DNA of 64,000 nucleotides from an uncultured Thiotrichales bacterium (GTDB lineage Bacteria; Pseudomonadota; Alphaproteobacteria; Caedimonadales; Caedimonadaceae): NCBI GenBank assembly GCA_964443525.1, contig CAYUCY010000001.1, positions 4,888 to 68,887 of the forward strand, read 5' to 3'. Shown piece by piece: positions 57,696 to 64,000 of this stretch (position 1 is its first letter; each line of letters starts with the position of its first letter). The notes under the pieces were generated by a model. It saw only the letters and a program-made list of their open reading frames with translations, ran no database searches and was not told where the DNA came from. The position numbers and the translations under genes were made by a program.

Positions 57696-58949
57696 CTAGC
57701 TCTTAATGTCGATTTGGGCGATCCGACGCTGATTACGAAGCTCTCGTTGGGCAATCAACGTCAATTTCTGGTCCATCAAACGGTTTGCAAAGTCTTCGCG
57801 CGAGGGCTGGTTCGGGTTATGCTCTTCTTTGTCGCACACCATGAAAAGTAAGACACCCATATCTGACAAGACAGGCTCGGATGCTTTGCCTGGCTCAAGG
57901 CTGTTTAGCAGAGAACGCAGCTGCGGGATGAGTTCGGAGCCCCGAGTCTTCGTGACCATGCGGGATTGGGCTCCCGGAACGGATTTGGACAGAGTTGATA
58001 AGAGCGCACAACTCTTGGCATTTCCTGCGATTTGTTTGGCTTTATAAAAGATGGGACCCGTTCGCTCTTCCGTGAAAGGAGGTTGAGCAGGAAAAACGAC
58101 TTGTGTGAAAGTAAAGAGTGTGTCCTTCCCAATGACATCCCCTGCATTTTTGTGATCTCTCAGAAAGAGGATATGGTATCCGTCGGGGGTGCGTACGGGG
58201 TCGCTGATCTGACCGGGAACCATGCCGGCTACGACATTTGAAAGGGAGGGATCAAGCTGTTCTTGAGAAACCCACCCCATATCCCCGCCTTTAGTGGCTG
58301 TAGGAGCTTCTGAAAATTGCTGGGCGATAGCGACGAAATTTCCTCCTTTTTTGATTTGATTCATGAGGCTTTGAGCCTTTGATTCAGCGACTGTTTCGGA
58401 GGTTTGATCATCAACGTTAAGGACGATTTCGGCCAGGAGATATTGTTCCTTATCCTTACTTCTGTTGAATTGCTCTTCGGCTAAGTTGACTTCCTGATCC
58501 GAGACCTGAACCGTCTGGCCGAACCGACCGCGGATGTATTCACGCCAGGCGATACCTGCTTTCAGGTGTTTTTTGAAAACCTTCAGCGGAATTTTGTTAG
58601 TCTCGAGCATCTTCTTTAATTGTCCCGGCTCCATGTTATTGCGATGCTCGATGTCCGAAAGGGCGTGCTCGACTTCTGCGTCGGGGATTTTAATATCGTA
58701 TTTTTTTGCGACCTGAAGCTGGAGAGCTTCTTCAATCATGGCATTCAATATTTGATCCCGCAACTTTTCCCGAACTTCCCCGGTGTCTGGCATCCCTGAA
58801 GAAATAATAGCAAGTCGAATTCTTTGATCCAACTCGGAAGAGGAGATAAGCCAGTCGTTGACGATGGCTGCAATTTTACCGGGTGTTGCTGTGATGGGGG
58901 AAGCGAGAAAAAAAGTTCCCAGTAGAAATGTAACGAATAGCTTTCTCAT
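57696..58949 (-). CDS. surA: periplasmic chaperone/peptidyl-prolyl isomerase SurA
   Basis: Signal peptide, a SurA N-domain and a parvulin domain (GGDMGWV...PVRTPDGYHILFL). Confidence 0.85.
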   Translation of the reverse strand: MRKLFVTFLLGTFFLASPITATPGKIAAIVNDWLISSSELDQRIRLAIISSGMPDTGEVREKLRDQILNAMIEEALQLQVAKKYDIKIPDAEVEHALSDIEHRNNMEPGQLKKMLETNKIPLKVFKKHLKAGIAWREYIRGRFGQTVQVSDQEVNLAEEQFNRSKDKEQYLLAEIVLNVDDQTSETVAESKAQSLMNQIKKGGNFVAIAQQFSEAPTATKGGDMGWVSQEQLDPSLSNVVAGMVPGQISDPVRTPDGYHILFLRDHKNAGDVIGKDTLFTFTQVVFPAQPPFTEERTGPIFYKAKQIAGNAKSCALLSTLSKSVPGAQSRMVTKTRGSELIPQLRSLLNSLEPGKASEPVLSDMGVLLFMVCDKEEHNPNQPSREDFANRLMDQKLTLIAQRELRNQRRIAQIDIKS

Positions 58950-59088
58950 AAAAAAAACCTCATTATAATGGTGCGGTCATAAAGTTTTGCTTGCAAAGGA
59001 TAAAAATAATCAACTAAAACCTAACTCAAGCTCCATTATGGCATACTTTTTTTAGCGCCATTTTGCAACCAATTTATGAAGAAAGTGT

Positions 59089-60192
59089 ATGACGCTCGTC
59101 ACCCGATATCTCTTGAAGCAACTGACTTTCTCGACGGTTTTGATTGGGTCCGTTTTGACGGTTGCTCTTTGGTTGACTCAATCCGTTCGGTTTATCGATA
59201 CCGTTTTAAATCGAGGATTGCCGCTCTCCACTTTCTTTAAGCTAGTTGCTTTTCTTTTACCCGATTTGATTGCAATTATTTTGCCGATTGCAACGCTTAT
59301 CGCTGTTCTCTTTACTTACAATCGCCTCTTTGTGGACCGGGAGTTGATTGTTATGCGTGCCACGGGGATGAGTAACCTGACGATTACAACGCCGCCTTTT
59401 TTATTGGGCCTCGGCGTTGTGTCCGTTCTTCTGGCTATCAATCTTTATTTTCTTCCTCTTTCCTTTCAGCATTTCAAGACGCTTGAGCATGATGTGAAGA
59501 ATAATTTTAGTGCTTTTTTGATTCAGCCTGGTGAATTTACGAATTTTAAGAATATTACAATTTACGCCAAAGAAAGGCGTCGAACGGGGGAGATGAAAGG
59601 GATTCTCATCCATGACTCCAGGCGGGGAGATCGGGTTTTTACGCTTCTTGCAGAGAAAGGTGTGATTGCGGAGATTCCGGGAGGCGTCAGAGTCGTCCTC
59701 TATAAAGGAAACCGTCATCAGGAGGACGCAAAAACGGGAAAACCGTCCGTTCTTACTTTTGATCAATATTCAATCGACATTACGCCCGAGGCCAAAGAGA
59801 CGTTCAGCCAAAGGACAAAGAAGCCCTATGAACGCTTTTTTGGAGAACTTCTGAACCCCGATCCCGCCCAGAACGATCCCCAGATGATCTCGAAGTTGAG
59901 AGCAGAAGCCCACCAGAGACTAATGATTCCTTTGAGTGTATTGGCTTTCGTTCTCATCGCCATGTGCTTTTTTTTGAGTGGAGACGATCAAAGACGGGGT
60001 CGGACTAAGAAAATTATTATGATCGTAGCTGTCTGTGCCCTTCTTGAAATTGCTGTCCTGGGGGATTTGAATCTTTCAACCCGTTTTCCTTGGACGATTC
60101 AAGGGGGATATGTTCTCATCGCTTTGATATCGCTGGCTTCTCTCTTAAAGTTGTTAAACGTAAATCCGTTTAAAAGAGAGGGGAGAGCATAG
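59089..60192 (+). CDS. lptF: LPS export ABC permease LptF
   Basis: YjgP/YjgQ family, with N-terminal TRYLLKQL. It is followed by lptG and lptD. Confidence 0.85.
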   Translation: MTLVTRYLLKQLTFSTVLIGSVLTVALWLTQSVRFIDTVLNRGLPLSTFFKLVAFLLPDLIAIILPIATLIAVLFTYNRLFVDRELIVMRATGMSNLTITTPPFLLGLGVVSVLLAINLYFLPLSFQHFKTLEHDVKNNFSAFLIQPGEFTNFKNITIYAKERRRTGEMKGILIHDSRRGDRVFTLLAEKGVIAEIPGGVRVVLYKGNRHQEDAKTGKPSVLTFDQYSIDITPEAKETFSQRTKKPYERFFGELLNPDPAQNDPQMISKLRAEAHQRLMIPLSVLAFVLIAMCFFLSGDDQRRGRTKKIIMIVAVCALLEIAVLGDLNLSTRFPWTIQGGYVLIALISLASLLKLLNVNPFKREGRA

Positions 60193-61287
60193 ATGCGTGC
60201 CGCCTTTATTCTTTCAAGATATCTTTCGAGAGGCTTTTTGAAATGGTTTTTGATCGTTCTGATAACGGTCATCTGTATTATTGCGCTTTTTGATTTTACG
60301 GAGCTTTTGAGAAAAACTTCATCCCGGTCCGACATCGGCATATCTATTCTTTTGCAGCTTTTGATCCTGAAGCTCCCTACCCTTCTTCAACAGACGTTAC
60401 CATTTATCACTTTCTTTGCAACGATTGTTGCCTTGTGGGTGTTCAATCGCCATCATGAATTAACAGTGATAAAAGCTGCTGGCATTTCGATTTGGCAGCT
60501 CTTGATGCCTCTGATGACGGCAGGTTTGTTGCTGGGAGCTTTTGACCTTTTTGTGATTAATCCCTTGGCTTCAAAAATGATGCTGCGGTATGAACATCTT
60601 GACGATCTTTATTTTCAAGGCCATACGGGAAGTCTTGCTATTTCTGAATCCGGGCTTTGGGTCAGAGAAAATTATGAGGGAAAAAGGAATGTTTATCATG
60701 TCAGGCACGTGGATTTAAAAGGGCCTATTTTCTCAAATCTTCAGATTTTTCAGTACGATGATAAAGATCATTTTGAAAAACGGGTTTTGGCGAGTACAGG
60801 TTATCTGAAGGAAGGCGTTCTCCAGCTTCAGAATGTCTGGGAGATCGCGGTTGACAGCTTGCCGGAAAAGAAACCAGTCCTTGATCTATCAACGTCCCTT
60901 TCTCTCAGAATGCTAGAGGATACGGGGGCTGATCCTCATTCCGTTTCGTTTTGGGAAATACCACAAATCGTGAATCTTTTAGAGCGCTCGGGTCTTTCAG
61001 GACATAAGTATCATCTCTATTGGCATTCTCTCTTGGCCAGATGGCTTTGGCTCGGCGTGATGGTGATGTTGGCGGCTGCTTGTTCGATGAGACCCCTGCG
61101 CCAAGGGGGAGCCGTCCTTTTAATCGGCATTGGAGCAGGCTCCGCCTTTTTACTTTATTTTTTGAGAGACATCACCTATGCTTTAGGCAATTCGCAATCA
61201 TTGCCTGTCATGCTTGCTGCTTGGGCCCCCGTCGGTATCAGCGCTCTCATAGGCCTAACATATTTGCTCTCTCATGAAGATGGATAA
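60193..61287 (+). CDS. lptG: LPS export ABC permease LptG
   Basis: YjgP/YjgQ family (ILSRYLSRGFLKWFLIV). It abuts the lptF stop. Confidence 0.85.
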   Translation: MRAAFILSRYLSRGFLKWFLIVLITVICIIALFDFTELLRKTSSRSDIGISILLQLLILKLPTLLQQTLPFITFFATIVALWVFNRHHELTVIKAAGISIWQLLMPLMTAGLLLGAFDLFVINPLASKMMLRYEHLDDLYFQGHTGSLAISESGLWVRENYEGKRNVYHVRHVDLKGPIFSNLQIFQYDDKDHFEKRVLASTGYLKEGVLQLQNVWEIAVDSLPEKKPVLDLSTSLSLRMLEDTGADPHSVSFWEIPQIVNLLERSGLSGHKYHLYWHSLLARWLWLGVMVMLAAACSMRPLRQGGAVLLIGIGAGSAFLLYFLRDITYALGNSQSLPVMLAAWAPVGISALIGLTYLLSHEDG

Positions 61288-63514
61288 AGTCTACCGCTTC
61301 CTCCTTTTTTGTTCGATCTTTTTAGGAGCATCTTTTCCTCCTCTTTCAGCTGAAGACGTTCTTAAGAAACACACGCCCGCTTCCGATGTCAGAACTCTCG
61401 TTTTTGCGGATGAAATCGTTCACTACAAGGAAATGGGCCTGATCTTGGCTCGCGGAAATGTTGAAATTGAGCGTGGCGGGAGGGTTCTCTATGCGGATGT
61501 GGTGACCTACAATGAAAAAAAAGACCTTCTTACGGCAACGGGGAACGTGAGGCTTGAGGAACCTTCGGGCGAAGTTATCTTCTCCCATCATTCAGAACTA
61601 ACTGCGGATATGAAGGACGGATTCGTGGAAAAAGTTAGGATGATCCTTCCTGACGAGGCTCGGCTCACCTCCCCTCGTGCAGATCGGATTAAGGGAGAAA
61701 AATCTCATTTCCAGCGGCCACTCTACTCTCCCTGTCATCTTTGTAAACTCGATCCGACAAAGCCGCCGCTTTGGCAGGTAAAAGCAAGGAACGCCACTTG
61801 GGATGAAATCGCAGAGGACGTCTATTATACCGATGCAACTCTTGAAATGTGGGGAATTCCACTGTTTTATACGCCTTATCTCAGACACCCTGCGCCTAAC
61901 GTTAAAAGACGGTCAGGCTTTTTAACCCAGCGCTATGGATACACGACAGAGCTAGGGGCTTTTGCAGCAATACCTTACTTTTGGGTGATCTCGGAAGATA
62001 AAGACTTAACGCTAATGCCCGTTTTCGGAACAAAATATATTCTCTTGGCAGGCGAATATCGCCAAAGATTCGAGAAAGGTACTTTAGTTCTTCGGGGAAG
62101 CGGTTCGCCCGGAGAGAAAATCGTCGATAGCGCGGGCCGGTCTACACGTTATTCGAACGTGCCTCGCTGGCACACAGATTCATACTTTCGATATGATTTA
62201 ACGAAGCACTACCGGTTGGGGATTGATCTTCAACGAGCAAGCGATCCCACTTACCTCAAGCGATATTCTCAACTCGGGTATACGCAACAGAGCCACCTGA
62301 CCTCTCGGGCATTTCTGGAGAGATTTAAAGGGAGAAGCTACGGTGTTTTGCAAGCTTATGCTTTTCAGGGGCTGCGAGAAGGGGACCGGGATGCAACGAC
62401 GCCTCGAGCTCTTCCTTATATTGAATATAATTATTTAAGTACGCCAGACTCATTAGGCGGTCGCTTTTCAGTTGATTTAAATCATTTGACTGTATTGCGC
62501 CGAGAGGGAACGGATGCGACGCGTACCTCTTTGGTCGGCGGCTGGGAGAAACCGTGGACGACCAAATATGGGGAAGTCTATACCATCGGGGGAAAAGTTC
62601 GAGGAGACGCTTTTTATGTGAATGGCCTCAAAAAAACACCGGGAGGCCCTGAAATCCGGGATCAGTTTGGTCGAGGATTTGCAAAAGCTTATGCTAACTG
62701 GCGGTGGCCTTTTATGCGATCTTCTTCAACTGCTCGAATGGTACTTGAGCCGGTTGCAGGGTTCGTCTTTGCCCCTAATTCGGGGCAACATAAAAATCTT
62801 TCCAATGAAGATTGCCGCTTTCTTGAAATGGATGATCTCAACTTCATGGATGACGAAAGATTTACAGGCTTTGATTGCTTGGACGGCGGATCCAGATTTA
62901 ATTACGGTCTCAACTTCTCGGTTTCTTCAAAAAAATATGGAAACTCTTCAGCTTTTATAGGGCAAAGCTTTGCCTTCTACACGCCGAGACCTCATCTTAT
63001 CGGAACGGGATTTGAGCGCCAATGGTCGGATTTTGTTGCTCGCCTTCGATATGTTTACCTGGATTGGCTGGGGGCAAAAGCGAGAGCCCTTGTAGATAGA
63101 AAATCAGGCAAAGAGAGACGAAATGAGGTAACCGGCTTTTTGGGGAAGCCCATCTTACGTTTGACGACCGATTATGCTTTTCTTCCGAAACTTTCTGAGG
63201 ATACGAGTGATCGGGCGGGTCGTCAGATCAAATATACTTTGAGTTCCCAGTTTTTGCCAGAGTGGGGGGTTTTTGCAAGCGTGACTCGTCAACTCGGAGG
63301 CAGCTCGGGGGAACTTGCCCATGAGGCGGGAATCACTTACCAAGACGAGTGTTTTACAGCTCAAACAACCATAACGAAAACTTTCTTCGTTGATCGAGAT
63401 GTGAAGCCGGGATTGACTTTTATGTTTAGACTTGTGTTTAAGAACCTTGGTGAAATATCTCAAACCTTCGGAAAGGATATCGACCCTGTTACTGGTGAAA
63501 CCGGAAAACGTTAA
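61274..63514 (+). CDS. lptD: LPS-assembly outer-membrane protein LptD
   Basis: Signal peptide, an OstA-like N-domain (GNVEIERGGRVLYADVVTYNEKKDLLTATGNVRL) and a large beta-barrel. Confidence 0.9.
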   Translation: MKMDKVYRFLLFCSIFLGASFPPLSAEDVLKKHTPASDVRTLVFADEIVHYKEMGLILARGNVEIERGGRVLYADVVTYNEKKDLLTATGNVRLEEPSGEVIFSHHSELTADMKDGFVEKVRMILPDEARLTSPRADRIKGEKSHFQRPLYSPCHLCKLDPTKPPLWQVKARNATWDEIAEDVYYTDATLEMWGIPLFYTPYLRHPAPNVKRRSGFLTQRYGYTTELGAFAAIPYFWVISEDKDLTLMPVFGTKYILLAGEYRQRFEKGTLVLRGSGSPGEKIVDSAGRSTRYSNVPRWHTDSYFRYDLTKHYRLGIDLQRASDPTYLKRYSQLGYTQQSHLTSRAFLERFKGRSYGVLQAYAFQGLREGDRDATTPRALPYIEYNYLSTPDSLGGRFSVDLNHLTVLRREGTDATRTSLVGGWEKPWTTKYGEVYTIGGKVRGDAFYVNGLKKTPGGPEIRDQFGRGFAKAYANWRWPFMRSSSTARMVLEPVAGFVFAPNSGQHKNLSNEDCRFLEMDDLNFMDDERFTGFDCLDGGSRFNYGLNFSVSSKKYGNSSAFIGQSFAFYTPRPHLIGTGFERQWSDFVARLRYVYLDWLGAKARALVDRKSGKERRNEVTGFLGKPILRLTTDYAFLPKLSEDTSDRAGRQIKYTLSSQFLPEWGVFASVTRQLGGSSGELAHEAGITYQDECFTAQTTITKTFFVDRDVKPGLTFMFRLVFKNLGEISQTFGKDIDPVTGETGKR

Positions 63515-64000
63515 GTTTTTTCGGCTCTTCTTACTGTCATGACGTAGTAATTGCCGACGAAGATTAAAAGAATACCGAGGCCGGACCATAGGGTCCACAG
63601 AAAGTCTTCAAAAATCTCTGAGATTAAAAGAGCAATCAGAGGAACGAGAAGAAGCGGATAGCTTGCTCTATAAGCACCCAATCGATCGATCAAAACCAAA
63701 AGACATCCGAAGGTTATAATCGTTCCGAAGGTTGAGAGATAGATGAGTGAAGAGAGATAAGAAAAGGAAACCTCTAAGGAAAAAGGCAGACCTTCGAAGA
63801 GAGCAAGTAAAGCGCAGGCAAGAGCACCGTACCCCATTGAAAAGGTGTTAATCTGTAGAGGTGAGAGTCCTCGTCTCAAATTCATCTCCGAGAAAATATT
63901 GCCCCAAGAAGAAACGTAAGCCGAGAGAATGCTAAGGCCTGCCCCGATAAGGGTTTCTCGTCTCAACTCAAAGGACAAAACATCGGGGAGGAAAATGAGG
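63511..64000 (-). CDS. EamA/DMT-family transporter, 5' end beyond the window edge
   Basis: Multi-TM C-terminal half. The frame stays open past the listed TTG at 63978 through nt 64000. Confidence 0.65.
   Translation of the reverse strand, partial: LIFLPDVLSFELRRETLIGAGLSILSAYVSSWGNIFSEMNLRRGLSPLQINTFSMGYGALACALLALFEGLPFSLEVSFSYLSSLIYLSTFGTIITFGCLLVLIDRLGAYRASYPLLLVPLIALLISEIFEDFLWTLWSGLGILLIFVGNYYVMTVRRAEKT

Noticed and set aside
1-64000. CRISPR arrays, IS elements/transposases, integrases, phage genes, reverse transcriptases and known defence or toxin-antitoxin modules
   Set aside because: I scanned all intergenic gaps and every ORF of at least 60 aa. I found no regularly spaced direct repeats, and no transposase, integrase, RT or typical defence-protein signatures. 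Every gap over 150 nt was inspected by eye.

Overview
The window reads as a compact, gene-dense chromosomal segment of an alphaproteobacterial type. That assignment is an inference from gene content and synteny: cpoB-tilS-ftsH-glmM, murJ-trpS, def-fmt-truA, a DUF1465/RcdA-like gene, an NDUFS4-like gene, a Cys-less L31, and lptF-lptG-lptD placed divergently from surA-rsmA. I support about 62 coding regions, one tRNA-Gly(CCC), two pseudogene remnants and a few terminators. I found no CRISPR array, IS element, integrase, prophage or recognisable defence system. Most genes are housekeeping: aminoacyl-tRNA synthetases, Tat export, LPS transport, cytochrome bd with a short cydX missing from the ORF track, heme A synthase, pgk and asd. 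Genes are packed tightly, and many convergent pairs overlap with no intergenic space. The unusual content lies in a few visibly AT-richer or accessory patches. (1) A Sec-signal coiled-coil protein carries a by-eye perfect ubiquitin-interacting motif and a UBX-adaptor-like motif. (2) Two large orphan proteins (620 aa and 862 aa), each with an N-terminal hydrophobic segment that looks like a Sec signal or membrane anchor, carry nuclear-localisation-like basic clusters; one has a helical repeat array and the other a HicA-like C-terminus. (3) A cupin domain is fused to a heme-oxygenase-like di-iron domain. (4) Two diverged murJ paralogs sit in tandem. (5) A freshly inactivated nirK has an intact RBS, start and signal peptide but one nonsense codon and one frameshift. 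(6) A small accessory islet holds a FosA-like gene, the 862-aa repeat protein, a carbamoyltransferase remnant, a GNAT gene and a NUDIX gene. Together these suggest a host-associated, possibly intracellular, lifestyle with eukaryote-mimicking secreted proteins. That is inference from motifs read by eye and needs profile searches to confirm.
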